Assembly: GCA_047921395.1 (NCBI GenBank)
Contig: JBLRWH010000001.1
Location: forward strand, 22,142-86,141
Length of the DNA: 64,000 bases
Direction of reading: 5' to 3'
DNA from: Gammaproteobacteria bacterium
GTDB taxonomy: Bacteria; Pseudomonadota; Gammaproteobacteria; Steroidobacterales; XN24
This document shows, piece by piece, positions 1 through 10,123 of this stretch (the first letter of the stretch is position 1; every line of letters starts with the position of its first letter). The position numbers were made by a program, and so were the translations under genes. Under the pieces are notes generated by a model. That model saw only the letters and a list, made by a program, of their open reading frames with translations. It had not been told where the DNA came from and did no database searches.

Positions 1-174
1 CGAGCCCGAACCGACGCGCGTATCCCAGGCCTTGCGCACGTTGAGCACGGGCTGGATCTCGGTCAGCTTGGCGGGGGCCTCGATCGGCTCGTCCTTGCCG
101 CCGAACACGCCGCAGCCTCCCAGCAACACCGGGAGCACCAGGATCCAGCCCAGCGCAGTGCCGCGGCGGCTCAT
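1..174 (-). CDS. bamB: Outer membrane protein assembly lipoprotein BamB, N-terminal part (runs off the window start)
   Basis: Manual translation from ATG 174: MSRRGTALGWILVLPVLLGGCGVFGGKDEPIEAPAKLTEIQPVLNVRKAWDTRVGSG. Has a lipobox (LGGC), overlaps the yfgM stop, and follows the conserved hisS-yfgM-bamB order. Confidence 0.85.
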   Translation of the reverse strand, partial: MSRRGTALGWILVLPVLLGGCGVFGGKDEPIEAPAKLTEIQPVLNVRKAWDTRVGSGS

Positions 175-836
175 CACGAAGCGTCGCCCCCCGGGGCCGC
201 ACCGCCCCCCAGGGCCTCGAGCTTCAGGCGAACGAACTCCTCGTCGATGATGGCGCCGAGCGTTTGCGCGCCGGCGAGCGCTCGGCGATAGGCCTCTCCT
301 GCACCCTCCGTATCGCCCCGGGCGGCCAGGATATCGCCCTCGATCTCGAGCATCGCGGGGGCGAACGCGCCCGCGTCAGGGCCACGCACGAGCTCCAGCG
401 CGCGCTCGTGCTCGCCTTCCGCGACCAGCAGCCGCGCCAGGCGGAAGCGCGCGATGAGCGCGATCTGCGGGTCGTCGGCCTCGGCCAGGACCTGCTCGAG
501 CGCCACAATTCCCGCGGCGATATCGCCGCCGGTGACCAGCGCGGCCGCCAGCGCGAGCCGGCCGTGCTGCAGGTAGGGCGAGGAGCCATGGGCAGACGCC
601 AGGCTATCCACGCCCGCGCGCACGTCGTCGATCCGGCCCTGCGTCACCGCTTCCGCAACGGCGGAATAAATCGCGGATGCCTGCTCGGCACGCTCGAGCT
701 TGTAGTCCTGCCACCAGTTCCAGCCCGCGAGCGACAGCAGGCCACCGCCGATGCCGACGATGATCCAGGCACCGTTCTCCTTCCACCACTGGCGGATCCG
801 GTCTACCTGTTCGCGTTCAGAGAGATAATCTTCCAC
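174..836 (-). CDS. yfgM: YfgM-family ancillary SecYEG translocon subunit (TPR_21)
   Basis: C-terminal part of ORF 174..2102. GTG start with GGAGA RBS; EREQVDRIRQWWKENG motif, one TM helix, then TPR-like helices; lies between hisS and bamB. Confidence 0.9.
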   Translation of the reverse strand: MEDYLSEREQVDRIRQWWKENGAWIIVGIGGGLLSLAGWNWWQDYKLERAEQASAIYSAVAEAVTQGRIDDVRAGVDSLASAHGSSPYLQHGRLALAAALVTGGDIAAGIVALEQVLAEADDPQIALIARFRLARLLVAEGEHERALELVRGPDAGAFAPAMLEIEGDILAARGDTEGAGEAYRRALAGAQTLGAIIDEEFVRLKLEALGGGAAPGGDAS

Positions 837-892
837 TTCGTTCTCCGTCACCGCACCCGCCCGGGCCGGCGTCACTACTCGATGATTGCCTT

Positions 893-2170
893 TCAGTCGC
901 GGTCGGCCGCGACACACTCCGTAAGATGCGCCCGCAGGGCGTCGTATTCCATCGCGTGCTGCTCCTCGCTGGTGCGCAGCGGCTTGACCAGCACCTGGCC
1001 CGCGGCCAGTTCGGTGTCGCCGAGAATCAACGCCAGCGCCGCGCCGCTCTTGTCCGCCTTTTTCATGGCCGCCTTCAGCGAGCCCTCGCCGCAGTGCGTC
1101 AGCAACCGCAGGCCGGCGATCCCGCTGCGTAATGATTCCGCCAGCGCGAAGGCCGCCGACTGCGCGGCGCCGCCGACCGGCACGAGGTAGGCATGCGGGA
1201 CCGGCGCCGGCGGCGCTCGATCCTGCACCAGCTCGACCAGTCGCTCCATGCCGAGCGCCCAGCCGATGGCCGGCGTGGCGCGCCCCCCGAGTTGCTCGAC
1301 CAGCCCGTCGTAGCGCCCGCCGCTGCACACCGCGGCCTGGGCGCCGAGGCGGTCCGTCAGCCACTCGAACACCGTCCGGCTGTAGTAGTCGAGCCCCCGG
1401 ACCAGCCGCGGGTTCACTTTGTACGTAACCCCGACCGCCTCCAGCATTGCCTGCAGCTGCTCGAGGTGGGCCGCCGACTCCGCGTCCAGGTGATCGGTAA
1501 TCACGGGCGCCGCGGCGATCAGCGCCTGCATCGCCGGGTTCTTGCTGTCCAGGATCCTGAGCGGGTTCTGCTCCAGGCGGCGCACGCTGTCCGCGTCGAG
1601 GTGTTCGCGGTGCGCGCTGAAGTGTTCGACCAGCAGCGCCCGGTAAGCCTGGCGTGACTCCGCGGTGCCGAGCGAATTCAGTTCCAGCCGCAGGTCGTCG
1701 AGCCCGAGTGCGCGCCACAGGCGCGCCGACATCAGGATCAGCTCGGCGTCGACATCGGGCCCGGCGAAGCCGAGCGCCTCGGCGCCCACCTGGTGAAACT
1801 GGCGATAGCGGCCCTTCTGCGGTCGCTCGTAGCGAAACATCGGGCCGGCATACCAGAGCCGCTGCTGCTGGTTGTGGATCAGGCCGTTGCTGATCGCGGC
1901 GCGCACGCAGCTTGCCGTCGCCTCTGGGCGCAAGCTCAGCTGATCGCCATTGCGATCCTGGAACGTGTACATCTCCTTCTCGACGATGTCGGTGACTTCG
2001 CCGATGGAACGGCTGAACAGCTCGGCGCGCTCGACCAGGGGGACACGCAGCTCGCGATAGCCGTAGGCGTCGAACACCTCGCGAGCCGTGGCCTCGACCC
2101 ATTGCCAGGTCGGGGTCGCGTCCGGAAGTATGTCGTTCATACCCCGAATGGGCTGGATTGCCGCCGCCAT
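893..2170 (-). CDS. hisS: Histidine--tRNA ligase
   Basis: [47 protein letters not shown] and GGRYDGL motifs. Confidence 0.98.
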   Translation of the reverse strand: MAAAIQPIRGMNDILPDATPTWQWVEATAREVFDAYGYRELRVPLVERAELFSRSIGEVTDIVEKEMYTFQDRNGDQLSLRPEATASCVRAAISNGLIHNQQQRLWYAGPMFRYERPQKGRYRQFHQVGAEALGFAGPDVDAELILMSARLWRALGLDDLRLELNSLGTAESRQAYRALLVEHFSAHREHLDADSVRRLEQNPLRILDSKNPAMQALIAAAPVITDHLDAESAAHLEQLQAMLEAVGVTYKVNPRLVRGLDYYSRTVFEWLTDRLGAQAAVCSGGRYDGLVEQLGGRATPAIGWALGMERLVELVQDRAPPAPVPHAYLVPVGGAAQSAAFALAESLRSGIAGLRLLTHCGEGSLKAAMKKADKSGAALALILGDTELAAGQVLVKPLRTSEEQHAMEYDALRAHLTECVAADRD

Positions 2171-2184
2171 GAAGACCCCCGGCG

Positions 2185-3063
2185 TCAGCCGGCGCCGCCG
2201 CCGACCGTCAGCCGCGCGGTGCCGTCCCGCCGGGCCGGCCGCACCGGCACGGACTCGCCGTCGAGCGCCAGGTGCACGCCCTCGGCGTTGCCGAAAAAGA
2301 CCGAGACGGGTGCCGTGCCGCGCAGCCGGACAACGTCCCCGGCCTGCTGCAGCCGGTAGGCCAGTTGGCGGTCCTCGGCGTCAACGACTTCCAGCCAGCA
2401 GTCCTCGGTGAACTCGAAACGCAGTTCCACCGTGCCGGGCGGCAAGGGCAGCGGCTCCCCGGCCGCGACGACGTCAACGGCCGGGCGGGGGGTCTCCGCA
2501 ACCCGTAGTTCGGGCTCCGGCTCCGCCTCCGGCGCAGGCTCCGGTGCGCCTGGCGGCGCCTCCACGGCAGTCGGCGTGGTGAACTCGAGCATGGCGGGGG
2601 CCGGCGCGGCGCCCGTGCCGGCGGTCGTCACACCCTCGGGAGAAGGCCCCATCAACCACCAGGTCGAGGCCACAGCGATCGCGGCCACGGCGACGATGGC
2701 GAGCGGACCGGTCCAGCCGGGAACACCCCGCCGCGGCAGTTGGCCGGGCACCGGGCCGGGCTGAATCTCCGCAGGCGTCACGCCGTTACAGCAGGCCTCG
2801 AACGCGGCGATGAGTTCCTGCGGCGGAATCCCGAGCAACAGCGCCGCGCGCCGCAGGTAGCCGCGCACGAACACGACGCCGCCAAATCTCTCGTGCTCAT
2901 CCTGCTCCAGCGCGTGGAGGCGCGCGAGCGGCAGGCACAGCTCGGCCGCCAACCGCTCGGCCGTCCAGCCGGCCCGCTCGCGGGCCGCCCGCAGTTGTTC
3001 TCCGGGTGACAACCCGCTGGCAGACCCCGGACCCGCCGCGACATCGATGACTTGCTCACTCAC
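2185..3063 (-). CDS. rodZ: RodZ-like cell shape protein (HTH, TM helix, DUF4115-type C-terminus)
   Basis: N-terminal HTH (GEQLRAARE...VFVRGYLRR), TM helix, Pro/Glu linker, C-terminal CWLEVVDA...FGNAEGV; downstream of pilW. Confidence 0.88.
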   Translation of the reverse strand: MSEQVIDVAAGPGSASGLSPGEQLRAARERAGWTAERLAAELCLPLARLHALEQDEHERFGGVVFVRGYLRRAALLLGIPPQELIAAFEACCNGVTPAEIQPGPVPGQLPRRGVPGWTGPLAIVAVAAIAVASTWWLMGPSPEGVTTAGTGAAPAPAMLEFTTPTAVEAPPGAPEPAPEAEPEPELRVAETPRPAVDVVAAGEPLPLPPGTVELRFEFTEDCWLEVVDAEDRQLAYRLQQAGDVVRLRGTAPVSVFFGNAEGVHLALDGESVPVRPARRDGTARLTVGGGAG

Positions 3064-3799
3064 GGCCCAGGCTCCTCACCTCGCGTGAATCGGGGAACTC
3101 CTGGCGCAACCGTTTCGCGTACTCAGCCGCGGCCCGTGTATCGCCGGCCGCCTGCTCGATGCGCCAGCCGAGCTCGAGGCTGTAGGCGGTGATCGGGCTC
3201 AGCGCCTCGTAGCGCTGCAGGAACGCGCGCGCCTGAAGTTCCCGGTTAGTCTCGAGGCTGAGATCGGCGAGCTGCAGCAGCGCCTCGGTGAAATTCCGGT
3301 TCTTGTCGAGGGCCAGGCGGAAGTATTCCTCGGCCCGCTCGGGGTCGGGAATCCGCCGGGCGCAAACGCCCGCGTTGCTCAGCGCCGTCTCCGGCGCGCG
3401 ATAGTAGGCGTTGGCCGCGGCCATCTCGAAATGACGTATGCCTTCCTCGTACTCGCCCTTGCGGCACAGGAAGCCGCCGTAATTGTTCATCATGTTGGGG
3501 TCATCGGGCGCAAGGCGCGTGGCGCGGCGCAGGTGCTCCTGGGCCCGCGGAATATCGCCGGCACGCTCGTAGAGGATGCCCAGCGCGGAATGCGCCGCCG
3601 GCAGCGTCGGGTCCTGCTTCACGGCGCGCTCGAGTTTCTCGCGCGCGCCCTCGAGATCGCCGCGCTGCATGTAGTTCATGCCGAGCTGCACGTTGAAGCG
3701 GGCGGCATCCTTGTCGGAGACCTCGGGCGCCTCCGTGGTGCTGGTGCAGCCCGCGACGGTCGCCGCGGCCACCAGCACGAGCACCCATCGACGCAACAT
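3056..3799 (-). CDS. pilW: Type IV pilus biogenesis/stability lipoprotein PilW/PilF
   Basis: Lipobox VAGC, TPR repeats, NNYGGFLC and NAGVCA motifs; rlmN-pilW-rodZ synteny. Confidence 0.92.
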   Translation of the reverse strand: MLRRWVLVLVAAATVAGCTSTTEAPEVSDKDAARFNVQLGMNYMQRGDLEGAREKLERAVKQDPTLPAAHSALGILYERAGDIPRAQEHLRRATRLAPDDPNMMNNYGGFLCRKGEYEEGIRHFEMAAANAYYRAPETALSNAGVCARRIPDPERAEEYFRLALDKNRNFTEALLQLADLSLETNRELQARAFLQRYEALSPITAYSLELGWRIEQAAGDTRAAAEYAKRLRQEFPDSREVRSLGRE

Positions 3800-4905
3800 C
3801 AGGAGGCCCTCGCGGAAATGCTGACCAACTTGTTACCGAGCCGGTAGCGCATGCGGTCGTTCACCTGCCCCGCCAGCTGGCCGCAAGCGGCGTCGATGTC
3901 GTCGCCGCGCGTGCGCCGGATGGTCGTGCGGATGCCCTTGCGCAGCAGGAACTCCCGGCAGCGCTCGATCGCCTCGACCGGCGAGCGGCGGAACTCGGTG
4001 CCGGGAAACGGGTTGAACGGGATCAGGTTGACCTTCGCCGGGCGGTGCGCGAGCAACTTCGCGAGGCGCCGCATGTCCTCGTCCCGGTCGTTGACGCCGT
4101 CCAGCATGACGTACTCGAAGGTGATGTGCCGGCCCGTGCCGCGCTCTGCATACCGCCAGCAGGCCTCGAGCAACTCCTCGATCGGGTGACGACGGTTGAT
4201 CGGCACGAGGCGATCGCGCAGTTCGTCGTCGGCCGCATGCAGCGAGACCGCGAGCGCGACGTTGCACTCCTCGCCGAGCCGGTCCAGCTGCGGCACCAGC
4301 CCCGAGGTGCTCACCGTGACGCGGCGGCGCGAGATGTTGAAGCCGAAGTCGTCGAGCAGCACCTGGATGGCCGGGACCACGTTGCGGTAGTTCGCCAGCG
4401 GTTCGCCCATGCCCATGAACACGACGTTGGTGACGATGCGGTCGCCGTCGGAGCGATAACCCAGCTCGCGATTGGCGAGCCAGACCTGGCCGACGATATC
4501 GGCCGAAGAGAGGTTGCGATTGAAGCCCTGCTTGCCGGTGGCGCAGAACGCGCAATCCATCGCGCAGCCGACCTGGCTGGAGATGCACAGCGTGCCGCGC
4601 GCCGTCTCCGGAATGAACACCGTCTCGATCGCCTGGCCGCCGTTCATCGACAGCATCCACTTGCGGGTGTCGTCGTCCGCGTGGTGCAGCGAGCGGATCT
4701 CGGGCACCCGGATCTCCGCGATCTCCGCGAGCTTGCCGCGCAGCGCCTTCGAGATGTTGGTCATCTCTTCGAAGTCCGCGACCCCAAGGCGGTACATCCA
4801 GGTCATGAGCTGGCGCGCGCGGAAGGGTTTCTCGCCGAGGCCGGCGAAAAGTTCTTCCAGTCCCTCGCGGGACAGGCCGAGCAGGTTGACGCGCGCGTCG
4901 CTCAT
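3799..4905 (-). CDS. rlmN: 23S rRNA m2A2503/tRNA methyltransferase RlmN (radical SAM)
   Basis: CAMDCAFC, MGMGEP and DIDAACGQL motifs; start reassigned to ATG 4905 (MSDARVNLLGL). Confidence 0.97.
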   Translation of the reverse strand: MSDARVNLLGLSREGLEELFAGLGEKPFRARQLMTWMYRLGVADFEEMTNISKALRGKLAEIAEIRVPEIRSLHHADDDTRKWMLSMNGGQAIETVFIPETARGTLCISSQVGCAMDCAFCATGKQGFNRNLSSADIVGQVWLANRELGYRSDGDRIVTNVVFMGMGEPLANYRNVVPAIQVLLDDFGFNISRRRVTVSTSGLVPQLDRLGEECNVALAVSLHAADDELRDRLVPINRRHPIEELLEACWRYAERGTGRHITFEYVMLDGVNDRDEDMRRLAKLLAHRPAKVNLIPFNPFPGTEFRRSPVEAIERCREFLLRKGIRTTIRRTRGDDIDAACGQLAGQVNDRMRYRLGNKLVSISARAS

Positions 4906-4912
4906 GGGGGGC

Positions 4913-5344
4913 TCAGCGCGTCCTCGGGCAGAGTTCCCGGCCGGCAAAGAAAAAGCCGATCTCGTGGCGGGCGGTATCCGGACCGTCGGAACCGTGCACC
5001 ACGTTTTCCTCGATGCTGTCGGCAAAGTCGGCGCGGATCGTGCCCTTGTCGGCCTTGGCGGGATCGGTCGCGCCCATGATCTCGCGATGCTTCGCGATGG
5101 CGTTCTCGCCCTCGAGCACGCTGACCATGACCGGCCCGGAAGTCATGTAGGACACCAGGTCGTTGTAGAACGGGCGCTCGCGATGCACCGCGTAGAACGC
5201 GCCGGCATCGGCGGGCGACAGGTGGGCCATGCGGGCCGCGACGATCTTGAGGCCGCCGGCCTCGAAGCGACGGTAGACCTCGCCGATCAGGTTCTTCTGG
5301 ACGCCATCGGGCTTGATGATGGAAAGAGTGCGTTCGATCGCCAT
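4913..5344 (-). CDS. ndk: Nucleoside diphosphate kinase
   Basis: [22 protein letters not shown] and NVVHGSD catalytic His motif. Confidence 0.98.
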   Translation of the reverse strand: MAIERTLSIIKPDGVQKNLIGEVYRRFEAGGLKIVAARMAHLSPADAGAFYAVHRERPFYNDLVSYMTSGPVMVSVLEGENAIAKHREIMGATDPAKADKGTIRADFADSIEENVVHGSDGPDTARHEIGFFFAGRELCPRTR

Positions 5345-5447
5345 GGGGTTCCCTTGGTTTTTGTATGAGTCCGGGCCGAAATTCGTTGCAAATCCGCACG
5401 CTGCGGCCACAACCCCCGCCGGATGCCGGCGGAGAGCGTAACGGAAT

Positions 5448-5477
5448 ATCTTACTGCCACGGGACCCGGGCGTACAA
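5448..5477 (-). promoter_or_regulatory. Possible sigma70 promoter for the ndk-rlmN operon
   Basis: TTGTAC-N18-TAAGAT on the minus strand, about 100 bp upstream of ndk. Confidence 0.4.
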
Positions 5478-5801
5478 TCAGACGCTGAAGCTTTCGCCGC
5501 AGCCGCACTCGCCCTTGACGTTCGGATTGCGGAAGCGGAACGCCTCGTTCAGGCCCTGCTTCACGAAATCCACCTCGGTGCCATCGATCAGCTTGAGGTG
5601 TTCGGGGTCGACGAAGACCCGCACATCCTTAGCCTCGAACACGACGTCGTCGCCGTCCACGTCGTCTGCATAGTCGACGACATAGGCCCAGCCCGAGCAC
5701 CCGGTACGCTTGACGCCCAGGCGGATGCCCGCGCCGCCGCCGCGCCGCGCCAGGTAATCCTTGACTCGTGCGGCCGCCGATTCGGTCAGGGTGATCGCCA
5801 T
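5478..5801 (-). CDS. iscA: Fe-S cluster assembly A-type carrier IscA
   Basis: [10 protein letters not shown] start, GCSG and [14 protein letters not shown] motifs. Confidence 0.95.
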   Translation of the reverse strand: MAITLTESAAARVKDYLARRGGGAGIRLGVKRTGCSGWAYVVDYADDVDGDDVVFEAKDVRVFVDPEHLKLIDGTEVDFVKQGLNEAFRFRNPNVKGECGCGESFSV

Positions 5802-5857
5802 CTTGTGTCGTTCCTCCTCTTCAGTTGATGTCGGACCGTCGGCCGGCCCGGGTTCGG

Positions 5858-6250
5858 TCAGCGCCGCGCGCCGTCTCGCCCGGCGATACAGGCGCGATAG
5901 GCATCCTCGACCACCAGCAGGCTGCCGAGCTTGTGCGCCGGCGCCTCCAGCAATTCGGCCAGGCGCCGCGGGTCCAGCCAGTCCGTGTCTCCGACCGCCC
6001 GCCCCTCGGCCTGTTCCGCCACCCAGGACGCCGCCGCGATGACGTGCGGGCAACCATACGCCCGGAACCGGCATTCCACGATCCGGCCGCCCCGGGTGCG
6101 CGCCTCGAATTCGACCCGCACGCCGCGGCCGGTTTCCCCGGCCCCACCGAACAGCCGCTCGGACGGCGCAGCCAGCAGCCGGCCGTGCCGCGGGGCCGTC
6201 TCGAAACGATGGCGAACCTCGCCGCTGTAGTCCAGTCCTTCCACGTGCAC
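5858..6250 (-). CDS. Degenerate IscU/NifU_N-like protein
   Basis: Aligns by eye to IscU (YSGEV...[12 protein letters not shown]) and sits between iscS and iscA, but keeps only one of three conserved Cys. Start could be GTG 6244 or 6250. Confidence 0.75.
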   Translation of the reverse strand: MHVEGLDYSGEVRHRFETAPRHGRLLAAPSERLFGGAGETGRGVRVEFEARTRGGRIVECRFRAYGCPHVIAAASWVAEQAEGRAVGDTDWLDPRRLAELLEAPAHKLGSLLVVEDAYRACIAGRDGARR

Positions 6251-6252
6251 GT

Positions 6253-7449
6253 CTACATCGCCTCCCGGCTTTCTTCCTCGCCCATCGGCCCGAGCGAACG
6301 GAGCCGGTTCACTTGTGCGCGCACCACCGCGATGGCGTAGTCCACCTCCTCAACGGTGCTGAAGCGCCCGAGGCTGAACCGCAGCGAGCTCTGCGCCAGC
6401 TGGTCGTCGCGCCCCAGCGCCCGCAAGACATACGAGGCCTCGCGGCTGGCCGAGGTGCACGCAGAACCGCTGGACAGGGCCAGGTCGCGCAGCGCGAACA
6501 GCAGGCTCTCGCCCTCCACGCCCTCGAAGCTGACATTCAGGATCCCGGCCACGCGCCGCTCGGGGTCGCCGTTCAGGTGCACGCCACCGAGCCCGACGAT
6601 GCCCGCCCAGAGGCGTGTCCGCAGCCCGCGCAGGCGCTCGGCCTCGGCGGCCTGCTCGGTTGCCGCGATCCTGAAGGCCTCGCCCATGCCGACGATCTGG
6701 TGCGTCGCAAGGGTGCCGGAACGCATGCCCCACTCGTGCCCACCGCCGTGGATCTGGGGCTCCAGGCGGCTCTTGGGGCTGCCGCGCAGGTACAGCGCGC
6801 CGACCCCCTTGGGCCCGTAGACCTTGTGCGCCGACACCGACAGCAGGTCGGCCCCGATCTCGTCGACATTGACCGGCAGCTTGCCCGCCGCCTGCGCGGC
6901 ATCCACGTGGAACAGCACGCCCCGCTCCCGGCACAAGCGGCCGATCGGCGCGAGGTCGTTGACCGTGCCGATCTCGTTGTTCACGTACATGACCGACACG
7001 AGCACCGTATCCGGCCGCAGCGCCGGCTCGATCTCGGCCGCGGTCATGACGCCGCCGGGACCCGGCGAGAGGTAGCTGACCTGCCAGCCCTCCTTTTCCA
7101 GCTGGCGGCAGGTGTCCAGCACGGCCTTGTGCTCCGTCCGGCTGGTGACGATGTGCCGGCCGCGGTCCGCATGGAAACGGGCGGCCCCCTTGAGCGCGAG
7201 GTTATTCGACTCGGTGGCGCCGGAGGTCCAGATGATCTCGGTCGGGCGCGCACCCAGCAGCGCCGCGACCTCGCGGCGCGCCATCTCGACGCGCCCCCTG
7301 GCCTCGCGGCCGGGCGCGTGGGAGCTCGAGGCGGGATTCGCAAAGCAGCCCGCCGGGCCCATGCACTCGACCATGCGGCGCACCACCCGCTCGTCGACCG
7401 GGGTCGTGGCGGCGTAGTCGAAGTACAGCGGCTTGCGAATCTCGTTCAT
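6253..7449 (-). CDS. iscS: Cysteine desulfurase (IscS-type)
   Basis: [22 protein letters not shown] (PLP Lys) and SSGSACTS (catalytic Cys); start taken at ATG 7449. Confidence 0.95.
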   Translation of the reverse strand: MNEIRKPLYFDYAATTPVDERVVRRMVECMGPAGCFANPASSSHAPGREARGRVEMARREVAALLGARPTEIIWTSGATESNNLALKGAARFHADRGRHIVTSRTEHKAVLDTCRQLEKEGWQVSYLSPGPGGVMTAAEIEPALRPDTVLVSVMYVNNEIGTVNDLAPIGRLCRERGVLFHVDAAQAAGKLPVNVDEIGADLLSVSAHKVYGPKGVGALYLRGSPKSRLEPQIHGGGHEWGMRSGTLATHQIVGMGEAFRIAATEQAAEAERLRGLRTRLWAGIVGLGGVHLNGDPERRVAGILNVSFEGVEGESLLFALRDLALSSGSACTSASREASYVLRALGRDDQLAQSSLRFSLGRFSTVEEVDYAIAVVRAQVNRLRSLGPMGEEESREAM

Positions 7450-7489
7450 ATCGATGGCTTGGGGCCTGCGCCCGGAGGTTGCCACTACA

Positions 7490-8242
7490 TTAACGCGTCC
7501 GGCCCGCCGGCGCCTCCCCTGAAGCGCGTCGCGGTTCCAGGGCGCTGAGGACTCCCCGCAGGATCCTGACCTCTTTTTCCTCGAGCAGTGCCCGGCTGAA
7601 CAGCCGGCGCAGGCGCAGCATCAGGTGGCGCGGATTGGCGGGATTCAGGAACCCCGCGTCGACCAGCGTCCGCTCAAGGTGGGCGTAAAAGCGCTCCAGG
7701 TCCTCCACGGTGGCGAGCGGATCGGTCCGTTCCGGCGCCGGCCCGGGCCCCGCCTCGGCGAGCATCGCGAGCCGCAACTCGTAGGCCACGACCTGCACCG
7801 CCATGGCCAGGTTGAGCGAGCTGTACCCGGGGTTAGTGGGGATGTGGAGCAGCTGGTGGCAGCTGGCGAGCTCGTCGTTGCTGAGCCCGCTGCTCTCGCG
7901 GCCGAAGACCACCGCGGCCTCGCCCTGGGCGCTCTCCGCGAGCAATCGCGGCGCCACCTCGCGGGGGCTCACGGTCGACCAGGACAGGCCGCGCAACCGG
8001 GCGCTCGCGCCGGCCACGAAGCGGCACCCGGCCAGCGCCTCGCCCAGCGTGGCGCAGACCCGCGCCTGCTCGAGGACGGCGTCCGCGCCGGCGGCCCGCG
8101 CGGTGGCCTCGTCGCTGGGAAACTCGCGCGGCGCGACCAGGGTGAGCCGGTCGAGTCCCATGGTCAGCATCGCCCGCGCCGTGGCGCCGATGTTGCCCGG
8201 GTGGGTCGTGCCGACCAGCACGATGCGGATGGGAATGCTCAT
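7490..8242 (-). CDS. trmJ: tRNA (C32/U32-2'-O)-methyltransferase TrmJ
   Basis: [23 protein letters not shown] and [17 protein letters not shown] motifs; divergent from suhB. Confidence 0.93.
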   Translation of the reverse strand: MSIPIRIVLVGTTHPGNIGATARAMLTMGLDRLTLVAPREFPSDEATARAAGADAVLEQARVCATLGEALAGCRFVAGASARLRGLSWSTVSPREVAPRLLAESAQGEAAVVFGRESSGLSNDELASCHQLLHIPTNPGYSSLNLAMAVQVVAYELRLAMLAEAGPGPAPERTDPLATVEDLERFYAHLERTLVDAGFLNPANPRHLMLRLRRLFSRALLEEKEVRILRGVLSALEPRRASGEAPAGRTR

Positions 8243-8355
8243 CGGGGTCAAAATGCCTGCAGGAAACCGGCCAGCTTGGTATTCTAACTGGCTGTAACCG
8301 GCTCTGGCGCGCGCGACAGGGCATACCGCCCGTCCCGCCGGAGGAGATAACCCAG

Positions 8356-9156
8356 ATGCATCCGCTCCTGAATATCGGCGTTCGCGCCGCGCGCCGTGCC
8401 GGCGACCTGATCGTCCGGCACATCAACCAGCTCGACGCCATCAAGGTCGACGCCAAGGGCCGCAACGATTTCGTCAGCGAAGTCGACCGCATGGCCGAGG
8501 CGGACATCATCCGGACCGTGCAGCGCAGCTACCCGGACCACGCCTTCCTGGCGGAGGAAAGCGGCGCCAGTGGCGACGCCGAATACGTCTGGATTATCGA
8601 CCCGCTCGACGGCACGACCAATTTCCTGCACGGCTTCCCGGTGTTCTGCGTCTCCATCGCGGTCATGCACCGGGGACGGCTCGAGCACGGCGTCATCTTC
8701 GACCCGCTGCGAAACGAACTCTTCACGACCAGCCGCGGCGCGGGCGCATCGGTCGACGGGCGCAAGATGCGTGTCAGCGATACGCGCCTCATGGAGAAAT
8801 CCCTGATCGGTACAGGTTACCCGTACAAGCAGGATGCCCCCTGGCTGGACGCGTACATGGGCATGCTCAAGGACGCCATGCGCGAGACCTCGGGCGTCCG
8901 CCGCCCGGGCGCAGCGGCCCTCGACCTCGCCTACGTGGCGGCCGGCCGGCTGGACGGCTTCTGGGAAATCGGCCTGAACATCTGGGACGTCGCCGCGGGC
9001 GTGCTGATGATCCAGGAGTGCGGCGGCATCGTCACCGACCTCGGCGGGCGCGACGGCTGGCAGCAGAGCGGCAACGTCGTCGCGGGGAATCCGAAGATCC
9101 ACGAGGCGTTGCTCGGCCTGATCGAGCCGCACCTGACGCCGGACCTCAGGAAGTAG
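8356..9156 (+). CDS. suhB: Inositol monophosphatase / Nus factor SuhB
   Basis: WIIDPLDGTTNF, RRPGAAALDL and WDVAAG motifs. Confidence 0.96.
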   Translation: MHPLLNIGVRAARRAGDLIVRHINQLDAIKVDAKGRNDFVSEVDRMAEADIIRTVQRSYPDHAFLAEESGASGDAEYVWIIDPLDGTTNFLHGFPVFCVSIAVMHRGRLEHGVIFDPLRNELFTTSRGAGASVDGRKMRVSDTRLMEKSLIGTGYPYKQDAPWLDAYMGMLKDAMRETSGVRRPGAAALDLAYVAAGRLDGFWEIGLNIWDVAAGVLMIQECGGIVTDLGGRDGWQQSGNVVAGNPKIHEALLGLIEPHLTPDLRK

Positions 9157-9174
9157 CGGCCGCCCACGGACCGC

Positions 9175-10110
9175 CTAGGGCATCACGCCCGATTCGTCTT
9201 CCTTCGGCTGCGGCGGCACCAGGTCCACGGTCGTCACCTTCAGCGCCAGCGCCGTGGCGCTCGCGATGTAGATCGACGAGTAGGTACCCACCAGCACGCC
9301 GATAATCAGCGCGATGGAAAAACCGGAGATCGCCTCGCCGCCCAGGAAATAGAGCGCCAGCAACACCAGCAAGGTCGTCACGCCGGTCATGATGGTGCGC
9401 GACAGGGTCTGGTTGAGCGAGCTGTCCATCACTTCCTCGGTGGACTTGCGGCGCATCTTGAGCATGTTCTCGCGGATACGATCGAAGATGACGATGGTGT
9501 CGTTCAGCGAGTACCCGATGACGGCGAGGAGCGCCGCCAGCACCGCGAGGTCGAACGACAGCTGGATGATCGAAAACACACCGAGCGTGATGATGACGTC
9601 GTGCACGAGCGCCGCCACCGCGCCGAGCGAGAACTTCCACTGGAAGCGGAAGGAGACGTAAGCGAGGATCATCAGCAGTGCGAACAGCGCCGCGAGCCCG
9701 CCCTGTTCCGCCAGCTCGCGTCCCACCTGCGGCCCGACGAACTCGACCCGCCGCAATTCCGCCGCGGCATCCACGGAGCGCAACACGTCCATCACCCGGT
9801 CGCGCGTCCCTGCCGGATCGGCGCCCTCTTCCGCCATCAGCTGCACGGTGACTTCGCGCGAGCTGCCGAAGTGCTGCACCACCGTGCGATCGATGCCGGC
9901 CGCCTCGAGTGCGGCGCGGATCGGCGGCAGGTCAACCGACTCAGGGAACCCGGCCTCGATCACCACGCCGCCGCGGAACTCGATGCCGAAGTTCAGGCCG
10001 CGGGTCGCGAGCGAAGCCAGCGAAACGAGGACCAGCACGGCCGAGATCACATAGGCCAGCTTCCTGGCCTTGAGAAACTCGATGTGCGATTCGATATAAA
10101 AAAAATCCAT
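9175..10110 (-). CDS. secF: Protein translocase subunit SecF
   Basis: GLNFGIEFRGG, VGPQVG, IGYSLNDTIVIFDRIRE and GTYSSIYIA; start at ATG 10110. Confidence 0.97.
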   Translation of the reverse strand: MDFFYIESHIEFLKARKLAYVISAVLVLVSLASLATRGLNFGIEFRGGVVIEAGFPESVDLPPIRAALEAAGIDRTVVQHFGSSREVTVQLMAEEGADPAGTRDRVMDVLRSVDAAAELRRVEFVGPQVGRELAEQGGLAALFALLMILAYVSFRFQWKFSLGAVAALVHDVIITLGVFSIIQLSFDLAVLAALLAVIGYSLNDTIVIFDRIRENMLKMRRKSTEEVMDSSLNQTLSRTIMTGVTTLLVLLALYFLGGEAISGFSIALIIGVLVGTYSSIYIASATALALKVTTVDLVPPQPKEDESGVMP

Positions 10111-10123
10111 CCCGAACGACTCC

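Noticed and set aside
174-2102. 642-aa ORF suggesting a long YfgM fusion
   Set aside because: The N-terminal part is an off-frame reading of hisS; the real gene starts at GTG 836.
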